A DNA stretch of 64,000 bases from Candidatus Poribacteria bacterium (GCA_965205025.1 CBDBFU010000028.1:96001-160000), one strand, 5' to 3'; positions 40,083-51,900 are shown, numbered from the stretch's first letter. Translations and numbers: made by a program. Notes: generated from the sequence alone by a model not told the origin.

Positions 40083-41405
40083 ATGATCCCATCTATATTC
40101 TTCAATCTGTTTATAATTACTTACTTATTAGGAGTATTGTTTCTATTAATAATAATATACAAACAATACAATTCTGTCTGGAGAAAAATTGTCTTCTTCT
40201 CTATATTGATAGTTATCGGCATCATGGTAATTGTTTATATTATGCCAATATACTGGATTTTAGTCACATCGTTGAAATCGCCGGGAGATATAAATACCAA
40301 GATACCTAAGTTTTTCTTTAATATTTCCTTTGAAAATTATCGTAAACTCCTCCCTTCAGAAAATATGCCAATTGTTGGCTATTTTTTCATCATACAGGCT
40401 ATTTGTGGACTTTTTCTATTTTTATCGTTCTCTCTGATTAAACAACTTCAACAACGGGCAGGATTACTAAGAAAAACAGGTTTAGCTTGGAATATTCTGT
40501 TTATCATTACATGCTTATACGGATTCTATACCACTCAGACAATCTCCAGTCGAACACAAATTGATGTGCGTTATCACTTATTTACACTAATTATATGTAC
40601 TGTCATTATATATTTAATAGTTGTCCCTCGGAAAAAACAACAATCATTTGACACAACTACAAATATTGGCTTTCAAAATAAAAATAAAGAACGTTTCGCG
40701 TTTGTTACCCCAGTCATATTATCGATAATTGGTGTCTGTATTATCTTAGCTAATGGTGGTTCAAAGTATTTTTATCAACTTCTCAATAGCATAATTATCG
40801 GTGGTGGTAGTACTGTCCTTGCTGTTGGCTTAGGCACGTTTTCTGCCTATGCTTTTTCAAGGTTCAATATTGCAGGTAAAGATGATCTACTCTTCTTCAT
40901 CTTAAGTACAAGAATGCTGCCTCCTGTTGTAGTCGTAATTCCTATATATCTTATGTATAGTGCATTGGGGTTACGTGATACGCATTTCGGTTTAATTCTA
41001 CTATACACAACCTTTAATGTCTCGTTTGCAGTATGGTTGATGAAAGGGTTTATCGATGAGATACCTAAGGAATACGAAGATGCTGCCTTAGTGGACGGTT
41101 ATACAAGATTTCAAACTTTCATGAAGGTTGTCTTACCCCAATCCGTTACTGGAATTGCTGCTACAGCAGTTTTCTGCTTGATTACTGCATGGAACGAGTT
41201 TGCCTTTGCACTTGTACTCACAGAAACTGGTGGACGTGCTGTGACCGCACCACCCTCAATTACAAGTGCTACTGGTTCAGCAGGGATGGACTGGGGTAAA
41301 ATAGCAGCTTCAACCTTCGTATTTCTACTCCCTGTCGCTATATTCACATTCTTAATGCGGAATCATCTACTCCGCGGTGTCACTTTTGGTGCTGTAAAGA
41401 AATAA
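40083..41405 (+). CDS. Sugar ABC transporter permease (MalG-like) with extra TM insertion
   Basis: IPKEYEDAALVDG EAA loop, AWNEF, C-terminal LLRGVTFGAVK. Confidence 0.9.
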   Translation: MIPSIFFNLFIITYLLGVLFLLIIIYKQYNSVWRKIVFFSILIVIGIMVIVYIMPIYWILVTSLKSPGDINTKIPKFFFNISFENYRKLLPSENMPIVGYFFIIQAICGLFLFLSFSLIKQLQQRAGLLRKTGLAWNILFIITCLYGFYTTQTISSRTQIDVRYHLFTLIICTVIIYLIVVPRKKQQSFDTTTNIGFQNKNKERFAFVTPVILSIIGVCIILANGGSKYFYQLLNSIIIGGGSTVLAVGLGTFSAYAFSRFNIAGKDDLLFFILSTRMLPPVVVVIPIYLMYSALGLRDTHFGLILLYTTFNVSFAVWLMKGFIDEIPKEYEDAALVDGYTRFQTFMKVVLPQSVTGIAATAVFCLITAWNEFAFALVLTETGGRAVTAPPSITSATGSAGMDWGKIAASTFVFLLPVAIFTFLMRNHLLRGVTFGAVKK

Positions 41406-41516
41406 GTTCTCTTACTTATAACTAACTTTGTAATCTTCAACAAACATATTTAATGCGATGCATATATCCCTGGTGTGTAAATATGCATCCAAAATTGGTT
41501 AAATTGGAGGAGACGG

Positions 41517-42956
41517 ATGGCACAAAAAAGAAAAGTAAATCCACGCAAAATTGATGTCAACACTCTACCAGGTGCAATGAAAAGACATATCGAACAACTT
41601 GGTATATCTTCAATAGATGAATATAAGAGTTGGTGTAAGAAGAATAACTTTAGTGCGGGTTTAAATAAAGATTCTCAACAACGACGTAATGAACTAAGTA
41701 AAATTGCCATACAGAAAATTGACGGTTTAATGTCAAATGAGAAAAGGTCTCGTAATCTGAAGGATGTCATACCAAAGATATATAATGGAGAATTAACACC
41801 TGATAAACTTAGAAATGATATTACCAAAGAAATCGCACAGATATTTCAAAATCAGGAACAATCAGAAAATCTTCTCAACCTATTATTGAATATTGAAGAA
41901 AAGTCTGAATTGTTAAATGATATAAGATTTGTTAAAGCAATACATACTATATCTAAGTATTCTAATAGATGGATCCGTCCTATACAAACATGGAAGGTGA
42001 AAAAACATAATCGAAATAGACAGTTCGCTAATTTACTACGTCACCTGTTTGTTGCCTATGATATGCCTGCATTTATGGATAATGTGTGGTTTACAGATAA
42101 TTCATCCCATCATGGATGGTATATTCACATTGGATCTGGGCAGAATATTAGATCAGCACCTGATTTTCCAGTGCCTCTAACAAAGAAAATGGCACATCAT
42201 TTTCTTAAGGCACCAAAACAGTATTCTATAGAGGAAGCAATCCGATGGGGACAGGTTCAGGCACTTGGTGGGGATAAACGACTGACGGATGCACTGCGAG
42301 AAACACACCTAATTACTAATTTTTCTAACGACGATTTTTGGTTAAGTGTTATTCGGTTTTTTATAGCGAATCCTATGTTAGATGTAAGTCATGTTAATCC
42401 AATTGTTGATTTCATTCAGAATCAAAAATTTACTATCAGACAGATTATAGTTAATAGAGGTGAAGCAGAAGAGATTGATCCTCCCCAACCCAATTTTACA
42501 ATGAAAGGTAGAACTGCTGAAACACTTTTACATCAAGTGAATGAATGGCATCGACAACTCGGTAGAGAAACACGGGGTGGACATTTTCAGTGGACACGAT
42601 CCAATATCGGCGAGGTACAGATAATACAAGGAAGTAAGGAGAAGGAGAGAATTTGGGAAATTCGAGAACTTCTAAGCTCTAACGAGTTAATAGACGAAGG
42701 ACGAAGAATGAATCATTGTGTTAGCACCTATGGAAAATCTTGCCACGCTGGAAAAACATCAATTTGGACATTAGAAGTAAATGAGAAAGATAAAATTAGA
42801 AAGGCCTTAACTATTGAAGTATTATTGGCAACTAAACTGATTCGTCAAATTCGGGGGAAAAGTAACAGGTTACCAACATTGAGTGAAAAGAATATTATTT
42901 TGCAATGGGCAGCAAGTGAAGACCTTAAAATTGCTGAATATGTAAGATTTGTGTAG
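41517..42956 (+). CDS. PcfJ-like domain protein (paralog 1)
   Basis: GGAGG SD; C-terminal ELIDEGRRMNHCVSTY..SIWTL..TIEV..QIRGKSNR signature. Confidence 0.8.
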   Translation: MAQKRKVNPRKIDVNTLPGAMKRHIEQLGISSIDEYKSWCKKNNFSAGLNKDSQQRRNELSKIAIQKIDGLMSNEKRSRNLKDVIPKIYNGELTPDKLRNDITKEIAQIFQNQEQSENLLNLLLNIEEKSELLNDIRFVKAIHTISKYSNRWIRPIQTWKVKKHNRNRQFANLLRHLFVAYDMPAFMDNVWFTDNSSHHGWYIHIGSGQNIRSAPDFPVPLTKKMAHHFLKAPKQYSIEEAIRWGQVQALGGDKRLTDALRETHLITNFSNDDFWLSVIRFFIANPMLDVSHVNPIVDFIQNQKFTIRQIIVNRGEAEEIDPPQPNFTMKGRTAETLLHQVNEWHRQLGRETRGGHFQWTRSNIGEVQIIQGSKEKERIWEIRELLSSNELIDEGRRMNHCVSTYGKSCHAGKTSIWTLEVNEKDKIRKALTIEVLLATKLIRQIRGKSNRLPTLSEKNIILQWAASEDLKIAEYVRFV

Positions 42957-42981
42957 TATAATTTCTATATTATTAGAATAA

Positions 42982-43137
42982 TAACGTGAGTTTGGTAAAA
43001 GTCCATTGTAGCGTAAACTTTCCAGTTTGCGCACATAGACCACAAACTGCAAAGTTTGTGGTACAAGAACAGTAAGGTGTGCCTTCCAAGAAAGGACATG
43101 TTTTGAGCTGATGCCATTTATTATCAAACTGGCGTTA
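42982..43137. mobile_element. MITE with TAACGTGAGTTTG TIRs carrying paired GTAG-type REP hairpins
   Basis: TAACGTGAGTTTGGTAA / TTATCAAACTGGCGTTA; internal GTAGCGTAAACT..AGTTTGCGC and CACAAACT..AGTTTGTGGTAC. Confidence 0.65.
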
Positions 43138-43246
43138 GAATAGTGTCAAAAGTTTAGTATGATTTTAAAACTAAGATATTTATGTAACGGACTATATTGT
43201 TGCACATAAGATGCATCAACAGTCATGTTTAATTCGGAGGAATAGA

Positions 43247-44692
43247 ATGGCAAAAAGAAGAAAATTGGATCCTCGAAAGACAGATATAAATACCTTACGA
43301 AGTGGCATGAAAAGACATTTCGAACAACTCGGACTGTTTTCAATAGAGGAATATAAGATGTGGTGTCGTGAACATAACCTTAGTTGTGGTTTAAATAAAA
43401 GTTCACGACAACTTCGTGATGAACGAGACCTGATTACTACAAAAAAATTAGATGGGTTAATGACGGCTGAGAAGAAATCACGTAATTTGAAGGAAATCAT
43501 ACCAAAAATACATAATGGTGAATTAACTGCTGATGAAATAAGGAATGATATTGCCAGGGAAATTGCACAAGTATTTCAAAATAATGGACAAAGTGATGTA
43601 CTTGTCAACTTGATGATGTACCTTGAAGAAAACTCTGAGTTATTTGAAGATAGAACATATATTAGAGCAATACATTCAATTTCAAAGTATGCCGATAGAT
43701 GGATCCGTCCACTTGAGACATGGCGTGTTAAAAGACATAATCGAAATAGACAGTTTTCTGATCTACTAAGACATCTATTTGCTGTTTATGATATTCCATT
43801 ATTTATGGATAGTGTTTGGTTAACGGATAATTCCTCCCATCATGAATGGTATATTCACATCGGATCTGGTCAAAATATAAGATCTGCTCCTGATCTTCCA
43901 GTAACCCTTACCAAAAAGATGTCACATCACTTCCTATCGGCACCAAAACACTATACTGTTGAAGAGGCAATTCGTTTGGGACAGGTTCATGCTCTCGGTG
44001 GGGATAAACGACTGATGGAAGCGCTCCGAGGAACACACCTTATACCGGATTTTACTAACGACGAATTTTGGTTGAGTGTAATACGATTCTTTATAGCGAA
44101 TCCTATGTTGGACCTAAATCAGGTGAATCCAATACTTGATTTTATTTGGAATCAGAAATTTGAGAACCAGCAGGTATTTGTTGAGAGAGGCGTTGTAGAG
44201 GAAATTGTTCCTCCGCAACCAAACTTTACTATGAAAGGTAGAACAGTTAAGACTCTCTTACATCAAATGAACGATTGGCATCGTCAACTTGGTAAAGAAA
44301 CCCGTGAAGGAGAATTTCAATGGAAACGGTCTGATATTGAGGAGTTATATCGAATAAAAGGAAAGAAAAAGAAAAAGGATATGAAAATTTGGAAAATACG
44401 GGAACTCCTTAGTACACAAGAGCTTAGATACGAAAGTCGTAAATTAAATCATTGTGTTAGTTCCTACGGAAAGTCCTGTCATGCAGGGAAGACATCAATT
44501 TGGACATTAGAAAAAGAAGAAAATGATGAACTTAATAAGTTATTGACTATAGAGGTGTCATTACCTGATAAGGTGATACGTCAAGTGCGTGGCAATCGGA
44601 ACAGACTACCTACATTGAGTGAAAAGAGTATACTAACACAGTGGGCAACAAAGGAAAATCTCAGAATGTCTGGTTATGTAAGATTTGAATAG
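43247..44692 (+). CDS. PcfJ-like domain protein (paralog 2)
   Basis: GGAGG SD before ATG 43247; colinear with 41517..42956; NHCVSSY..TIEV..QVRGNRNR. Confidence 0.8.
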   Translation: MAKRRKLDPRKTDINTLRSGMKRHFEQLGLFSIEEYKMWCREHNLSCGLNKSSRQLRDERDLITTKKLDGLMTAEKKSRNLKEIIPKIHNGELTADEIRNDIAREIAQVFQNNGQSDVLVNLMMYLEENSELFEDRTYIRAIHSISKYADRWIRPLETWRVKRHNRNRQFSDLLRHLFAVYDIPLFMDSVWLTDNSSHHEWYIHIGSGQNIRSAPDLPVTLTKKMSHHFLSAPKHYTVEEAIRLGQVHALGGDKRLMEALRGTHLIPDFTNDEFWLSVIRFFIANPMLDLNQVNPILDFIWNQKFENQQVFVERGVVEEIVPPQPNFTMKGRTVKTLLHQMNDWHRQLGKETREGEFQWKRSDIEELYRIKGKKKKKDMKIWKIRELLSTQELRYESRKLNHCVSSYGKSCHAGKTSIWTLEKEENDELNKLLTIEVSLPDKVIRQVRGNRNRLPTLSEKSILTQWATKENLRMSGYVRFE

Positions 44693-44839
44693 TCTATTTT
44701 TAGATGGTAGATTCTACATCTCAACATTAAGTTATCAGAACAATAGTTATACAATGTTGATTTTACAAAAGGGTTATGGTAAACTTCTAAACACAATCTT
44801 CAGGTGAGAAGAAATTGATTTTTACAAGGAGGATACATA

Positions 44840-45070
44840 ATGGAACATTCTAACACAATGCAGGAAATTGTAGAACGATTAGGAAAACTAACACCATTAC
44901 AACAGAAGCAAATTCTGAATAATATACTCACACTTTTAGGAGAACCCATTAAAGGTACTACTGGTGAGGAATTGCTTAAATTTGTTGGTTTGATTTCAAA
45001 AGAGGACTTAAAACTAATGAAGCGTGCTATTGAGAAGGATTGCCGACAGATTGATGTCTCAGAATGGTAA
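44840..45070 (+). CDS. Putative antitoxin of PIN toxin
   Basis: AAGGAGG SD; 76 aa; overlaps the start of downstream PIN gene; TTGATT-N17-TAAACT upstream at 44757. Confidence 0.7.
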   Translation: MEHSNTMQEIVERLGKLTPLQQKQILNNILTLLGEPIKGTTGEELLKFVGLISKEDLKLMKRAIEKDCRQIDVSEW

Positions 45071-45449
45071 TTATCTCTTGGATACAAATATTGTTATAGA
45101 ATTATTCAATGGCAACAATACAATTCTCCATAAAATGCAAAATGGGGGTAACTTCTTTTTAGCTTCACCAATGATTGGGGAACTTTATTATGGTGTACAG
45201 AAATCGGATAAAATCACAGAAAACCTAAATAGAGTTGACAGTTTTATTGAAAATCATATGATTCTATCTTGTGATTTGGTTACTGCACAATGGTATGGAA
45301 TCATTAAAAACGAATTACGTATAAAAGGCACTCCAATTCCAAATAATGACATTTGGATCGCTTCTGTGGCAATGCAGCATGAATTAATCTTGGTGACACG
45401 TGATTCACATTTTGATGAAGTGGAATCTCTACAAACGGAACGCTGGTAG
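45054..45449 (+). CDS. vapC: VapC family PIN-domain toxin
   Basis: YLLDTNIVI, GELYYG, GTPIPNNDIWIA, LVTRDSHF. Confidence 0.92.
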   Translation: MSQNGNYLLDTNIVIELFNGNNTILHKMQNGGNFFLASPMIGELYYGVQKSDKITENLNRVDSFIENHMILSCDLVTAQWYGIIKNELRIKGTPIPNNDIWIASVAMQHELILVTRDSHFDEVESLQTERW

Positions 45450-45605
45450 ATTTTAGAATGAATTAGACAGAAGTTATACATACCATAAAAGACAATAATA
45501 TATATATATAGAGTTTAATCAACACCATTAATAAAAAATAAGGTAAGAATTATACTTTTCTGTTGGTTTCAATTATAGGTTGGGATGTAAAAAAATCTGG
45601 AAAAC

Positions 45606-45655
45606 AATACTAATGGAGCAAACGAGAAAAGAAATCCGTCTTCTCCATTAGTATT
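45606..45655. terminator. Hairpin between convergent genes (putative bidirectional terminator)
   Basis: AATACTAATGGAG..CTCCATTAGTATT. Confidence 0.55.
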
Positions 45656-45670
45656 ATCAATATTACTAAT

Positions 45671-46705
45671 CTACTTCTTACTTCTATATTCCATCAACAA
45701 CTTATTGATCTTATCAAGAAACTCCTGAGAATAGATTTCACCTACAAGAGCATTGTGGGTTTCAACGGAATATGTATCCCATGCTTCTATTGAATCCTCT
45801 TCAAATTCCACAACTTGTATTCCAGCCTTCTTCTTGAGTGCTTCAATAGCTTTTTCATTATCTGCCCTAATATCCTGAATCAAACCAGCCTGGAATTTAT
45901 CTCCAACTTCAAGTATGACTTTCTGTTGATTAGGTGTTAATTTATCGAACTTTTCCTTTGTAACTACTGTTGCACCAACTCCAACACTTACAGGAAAGTT
46001 TGTCATATACTTAAACTGTGGATACCATTGAAGTGCAACTGTAACATAAGGAGAAGCAGTAAGCGTATTAATCTGTCCAGAATTAAGAGCAGAGATAACC
46101 TGTGTTACCTCCCTTGGTACAGTTGCAATATTTGCTCTCTTATAAAATTCAAGACCAATTCTATCGCTTGTCCGTACCCACATCTTCACATCTGAGGCTT
46201 GTAAGTCTTTAATATTTCTAATCGGCTGGTTACTAAATATATAATAGAAACCTATGTCTCCCATCCCAATTAGAACATAACCTTTTTCTAAGAAGACATT
46301 ATATAAGTCATCCCGTAGGTGATCACGTACGTAATCCAATTCTTCATAGGTCTTGAAAAGACGAGGTAACTGGAAAATAAGCACTTCTTGATTTATCTCA
46401 CCAAGTCCGGTCGCTGTCATAGCCCCCGAGTGAAGTGCACCGACACGCATTTTACTGATGACATCCAGTTCATCTCCCATCACACCATTTGCATAAAAAC
46501 GGAATTTGATTTCACCATCTGTGTTCTGTGTAATCTCTTTACCCATTGCAGCAAAGTTGTTCATCCACGTTGACCCTTTTGGAGCAAGCGTGGCGAACTT
46601 AATAGATTCAACAGCGTATACATCTATACATACACTACATAAAAATAGAATGATATAAAGGAAAGATGTGATACGCGTTTTCTTATTCAAGTATTGATAA
46701 TTCAT
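45671..46705 (-). CDS. dctP: TRAP transporter substrate-binding protein DctP (TatP-type)
   Basis: IKFATLAPKGSTW, GVMGDE..KMRVG motifs; signal peptide. Confidence 0.88.
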   Translation of the reverse strand: MNYQYLNKKTRITSFLYIILFLCSVCIDVYAVESIKFATLAPKGSTWMNNFAAMGKEITQNTDGEIKFRFYANGVMGDELDVISKMRVGALHSGAMTATGLGEINQEVLIFQLPRLFKTYEELDYVRDHLRDDLYNVFLEKGYVLIGMGDIGFYYIFSNQPIRNIKDLQASDVKMWVRTSDRIGLEFYKRANIATVPREVTQVISALNSGQINTLTASPYVTVALQWYPQFKYMTNFPVSVGVGATVVTKEKFDKLTPNQQKVILEVGDKFQAGLIQDIRADNEKAIEALKKKAGIQVVEFEEDSIEAWDTYSVETHNALVGEIYSQEFLDKINKLLMEYRSKK

Positions 46706-46719
46706 TAGTTAATTACTCC

Positions 46720-47613
46720 TTATTCAATTTCAGAATCAAACAGTTCATCAATTTGTGATAGCCAACGTTTTGATCGAGATTTTGCAAGAGATGTTGCTGC
46801 ATTTTCTCCAGGATATATATCGTCGGGGGCATCAATGACAGCCTGCAATGATTTCCTGTAAAGTTCTTCATCCAATTTAGGATATGCATAATATCGTGCA
46901 AGATAGAACTTACTCATAAGGAATTTTCCATCATTGATTTCATCTACTCGGTCAATATGTTCCTTTGCTTTATTCAGATCACCGCCAATAGAAGGGGGAC
47001 GATCTCCATAGTAGACGGCATAGAATAGATGTGCACTCCCGAAATAAAAGGACTCATCTAATTCTAAAACACGTCGCATCATCATTTCCACACGAGCAAG
47101 GTCGATCACTTGCATGGGGTCATCTTTTTGGAGACTGATTCCTCTGGCGATAGAATAGGCTAACCAGAACATTGGTTCAACATCCTTCTTCTTTACCCTT
47201 TGGATTGCGCTTTCAAGCAATTCCAAATCGACAGTTCTGACATCCTTAAAGGTCTTATCAGATTTACGCAATGCTTTGATAGCATACATTTCTGATTTCT
47301 TGTAGTTTTCAATTGCTTGTTCGCGCATATCTTCTGCTGTATCATAATCACCTGCAATTTCTGCATCCTCCATTTTATCTTCAAGAAATCCGCTATAAGA
47401 AGAGAATGCACGTGATGTTTTTACAATTAGTGACTTGTTCCCTGTTTTGGCTAATCCTTCGAGGGTCCCTAAGTTTTTCTCAAGGGTAGATTCAACAACC
47501 ATCAAGTCACCCTCCTGTTGGATTTTTGATAATTTACTCAAACCACACCCAGTGACTAAGAATGGTATAATAAACAATAGAGATATACGATAAAAAATAA
47601 AATTGTTTTTCAT
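46720..47613 (-). CDS. TRAP transporter TatT component lipoprotein (TPAT)
   Basis: Lipobox VTGC; ELDESFYFGSAHLFYAVYY..GG..AKEH..A motif; directly upstream of dctP. Confidence 0.8.
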   Translation of the reverse strand: MKNNFIFYRISLLFIIPFLVTGCGLSKLSKIQQEGDLMVVESTLEKNLGTLEGLAKTGNKSLIVKTSRAFSSYSGFLEDKMEDAEIAGDYDTAEDMREQAIENYKKSEMYAIKALRKSDKTFKDVRTVDLELLESAIQRVKKKDVEPMFWLAYSIARGISLQKDDPMQVIDLARVEMMMRRVLELDESFYFGSAHLFYAVYYGDRPPSIGGDLNKAKEHIDRVDEINDGKFLMSKFYLARYYAYPKLDEELYRKSLQAVIDAPDDIYPGENAATSLAKSRSKRWLSQIDELFDSEIE

Positions 47614-47775
47614 AGGTTTATATTTATCTCCTATACTTTTTAAATTAAAGAAAATCATTTGAACTCGCTATATTATATAAATTAATGGAATAAAAAGAGA
47701 GGAATATCGGTGTCCTGAATTAGATAATGTAATTTTACTTCAAGATTAAGAATCTATAAATTACAGATTGTTTTC

Positions 47776-48852
47776 TCAAGATAGAAAAGGTAACACAGCA
47801 ATTGTTCCAGTTATATGACCATCTGATACTTCAAGTTGTACTACACATCCTTGATCAGTATACGCCATACGAACATACCCAAGTGCAATCTGTTTTTCAA
47901 GGGATGGAGAATAAGTAGAACTGGTTACCCAACCAATTTCTTTATCAGCATCATATATTTTTGTATTTTCAGGTATTAGTGATTCAGATTTAATTTCAAT
48001 TCCACGTAATAATCTATTTGGATGACCACGATATTTCATTCTGGCAACTATTTCTTGTCCTATATAGCATCCTTTCTCAAAATCAATAGCATAGTCTAAT
48101 TCCGCTTCCAATGGGATTACTGAATCAGTTAATTCCTTTGAATACAGAGGGGTTCCAGCTTCAATTCGTAAAGATTCTTGGGTCTGATATCCAAACGGAG
48201 TGACATTAGATCTATTCGAAGTCAACGAATTCCAAAGTTCCTCTAAATTGCCAGATGAAGTAATAATTTGGAATCCCATTCCACCGAAAAAATCTGATCT
48301 TATGCAAAGTATCCTATCAGTATTGAATTCAACACTAACTGAGCCATATTCAGTTAAACTATCCAAATTTTCAGTATTTAACACAGATTCAACTAATTCA
48401 CTTGCCTTCGGACCCACAACTCCGATAATACCAACATCTGTTACCTTTTTCAATTCTACATCATCAGCAATGATATACTTGTCTAATTCTGTGAAAAGAC
48501 TGTCAATTGCTTGTGGAGCAGTAATTAAATAGATAGACTCTTCAAGATTATAGACGTTGATATCTGCTATTATTTTACCACGATGTGTTAAAAGTGTGGC
48601 ATAATTCCCATCACCAACACTTAGATTCTCGACGTCGTTGGATATAAGTCTATGAAGAAAACTTGCTCTATCCTCCCCCGTCAATTCTAACACACCTTGG
48701 AATGAAATATCAGTAATCCCAACATCACTTCTTACTGCTAAATGCTCGGCTATAGGATCAGAATAATGTAAAGGTAATGTCCAACCATCAAGACTTTCTG
48801 CAAAAGTAGCGTCAAGTTTACTGTGAAGGTTATACAAGGGTGTCGTTTTCAT
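47776..48852 (-). CDS. ygfZ: YgfZ/GcvT-family folate-binding protein
   Basis: GcvT-like N-terminus (TPLY..H) with YgfZ signature KGCYIGQEIVAR. Confidence 0.8.
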   Translation of the reverse strand: MKTTPLYNLHSKLDATFAESLDGWTLPLHYSDPIAEHLAVRSDVGITDISFQGVLELTGEDRASFLHRLISNDVENLSVGDGNYATLLTHRGKIIADINVYNLEESIYLITAPQAIDSLFTELDKYIIADDVELKKVTDVGIIGVVGPKASELVESVLNTENLDSLTEYGSVSVEFNTDRILCIRSDFFGGMGFQIITSSGNLEELWNSLTSNRSNVTPFGYQTQESLRIEAGTPLYSKELTDSVIPLEAELDYAIDFEKGCYIGQEIVARMKYRGHPNRLLRGIEIKSESLIPENTKIYDADKEIGWVTSSTYSPSLEKQIALGYVRMAYTDQGCVVQLEVSDGHITGTIAVLPFLS

Positions 48853-48905
48853 CAATCTCCTAAATTCAACTACTACTTTAAGTAGGATATTATATTACAA
48901 TTATA

Positions 48906-51900
48906 CTAAAACATGCGTTCTAAACGTAATATAATTGGATATGCTTTTAAATAATAAGACTTGTTGACAGGAAAGGCAAATTCAATAGCAGCACTAAATG
49001 GGTTAAAACCTTTCGGGGGACTAATATAACATGATAATCCTAAACCGATTGATGTATAAAAATTCCTCAGAGAAGAATCTGGGAAAGGATTTTCTCCATA
49101 CTCCCAAGTTTTTCCTGAATCCATAAACACACATAGAGACATACCAATTGCTGCATCAGAACTGGGGTCTATGAGAATTTCATTAAGTAGTCGGTATTCA
49201 ACATTCAATAGAACTCTATTGTCTCCAGCAAATGCATTGAGTGGATATCCGCGTAGGGTGGTAAAACCTCCAAGATAGAGAATTCGTTGTCTTGGTAATA
49301 TATTATCTGAAAAATCACCTGCAATTCTGATATTGATGTTATGAGGTCCAGATACCTTGGTGTATTTATTCACTTCAAAACTGTAAAGTCTATATGAGAA
49401 ATCTCCACCAAGCGATTTTCCTGCAGTCTGAACTCCTATATTACCACGCCAACCACGACGATTACGTTCATTTGGCCATAGAATCAACTCCCCACCAAAT
49501 TGATCTGTTCTACCAGTGAGTGATTTCCTGTCCCGTGTATCAAAGGTATAACTCAACGATAATATACTTTGTTGTCCATCTTCAATACGTAAATTTCCGT
49601 TTTTCACTCGACTTCTAAAGAAATAACTCCAATCAGTCGTTTTTGCAAGATTGTCATGTTGCTCATGCCGATACCCTAAACGGAATTGCGATATATTTCC
49701 AATTGGTTTAGAGAACCAATATTGTGTCCCCATACGTTCATAATAGTTTTCAGAGGAAGATCCATAAAGAGCACCCAAAAGATCAATATCTGCTGGTCTT
49801 AACCTAAATACTTGTGTACTTGAATCTGTTAATCTATATAGACCTATACCAAATTTCATAGGAAAAAAATCAAACACTTCATCTTCAATTCCAAATCGAT
49901 AATTCCATTTCTCACTTGTAAAACCTCGTCTAACTGAAACGAAGAGTTGTTCATTACCCCAAACTTGTGTAGACAGAGTACCACCTGCACCAAGCGTAAT
50001 TCCATGAACTCGGTTAAACCCAAAAATAGGAAACCAACCAGGTTGAAATCTCGGTTGTTCTTCTATATCAATTATTAGTAGATTCTTACCACCTTCACGT
50101 TGCACATACCAATCTCGAATTGACTTAAACTCATCATTGTCCTTACTCAACTTTTTCTTAAGGTCATTTATTTTTGACTGTCCCAGAGAGTGAAAGAAGA
50201 CTTCATCCTTATCGAATTCAAAAGCTTCTTTCAAATCGTATTGTGATATACGACGATTTCCAGTAAAACGAATTTCATCTACATAACCTTCCTTAATATT
50301 TAAGATAAATTCATCATTCTTAATCTGATCGGTTACCTTGGCAAAAGGAAATCCTCTATTAATATAAAAATCCTCAACCATTTGCTTCTTTAAGTTGATA
50401 CTTGAATCAACAAGATATCCATCCCTAATGTTAAACCAATTCATGATAAAACTGGATGGAAAATACTTATTACCATCTATGTTAATTTTTCTAATATATT
50501 TTATATGAGCTTCAGTTATATCTAATTGTAGATTCACCTTTAATGAGGAACTATTTTGATGATTGAAATCTTTCCCATTTGTGTTGGCTGTATCAGCTCT
50601 ATTATTAGATAAATCCTGTTCTGAATTCACTTGTTCTTTATTTTCTTTATTCTCTACAAGTGTCGATTGTAATCTTACCCCTTTAAACCAGTCAATAGTA
50701 GATAATTCATCTAACATCCAACTGAGTTGTACATTAGAGATTATATTTCCAGTAGAATAGGGTAGACGTTTCATTATGATATCAGGTGGAATTGTATTGT
50801 TTCCCTTTATGTCAATAGAAGAAATTTCCAAATTATTAGCATAAGTGTATGATTCATCTATATTTTCATTCTTATCGAAAATCAGTATACCCATAACTTC
50901 TCTCGAATGAGGCCACCAAGGATGTTCTTCATTGTGTATTGGAAGCCAATAACTATATTCTCTTTGAGTTATTCTATCTATACTTTGATTATCTTTCAGA
51001 CTTCCTTGTGCCTTTCGGTGGATATTTAATAGCCAGGTATTTGAGTCTATGTCATCTTCAGGTCTCCGTTTTATGGCAAGTTCCAAACTCCAAAAGCTGG
51101 AATTAATCTTGGTTTCCGCAATAACATCTGAATTCCATGAACTATCACCTTTAAAATTCACATAGTTATGTTTAAGATTAATTTTTCTTGTATTATTTGG
51201 ATGGAATTTAATAGTAGGATAACCTACTTTTTCAACCAATTGATCAAATACTGCCCCAATAGGATTGATTACAATATGTTGATACCTCTCTGTATCTGGA
51301 TTCATATCAAGGAGTATCTCTATGCATTCATCTTCCCATATAGGAGAATCCAATTGTGTTTGTGATACTCTGGGGATTATATTGTTTTGAATGTATATTT
51401 TAGCCCCAATATAAAAGAACTTTTCATCGTACATTAATGACACATCTGTTTGAGAATCAATTCCTTCTTTACCATCATGACTTTGGAATGGAGTTAATTG
51501 AGTAGAATAAAACCATGCTTTCTCAGATAAATTCCCATCAATTTTAGGACGAATTGATGTCTTAGGAATGTTGATATTTATAATTGAGGACATGTCATCT
51601 AAAATATCAGATTGAGAATCATCGGTAGTTCCTTGAAGGGTTGGAGCTGGTAGAATAGAAATCATTCCTGTCGAAGTCAAATTGAGTAATGGTCCACCAT
51701 CATTTATAAGACCCGAATTATCGTCAATTTCTGCTGGCACGTTAACTACAATTTGTTCTTTAACACTATTATATGAAAGATCAGCAGGGTAATCTTTAGG
51801 AAGTAGTAAACGGATCCCCCCACCAAGTGCAGTTAATTTTAATGGTGCAGCAAGGTTATCAAGGACGATGAGTTCAATTGAACCGTTTCTTGTTGTAATA

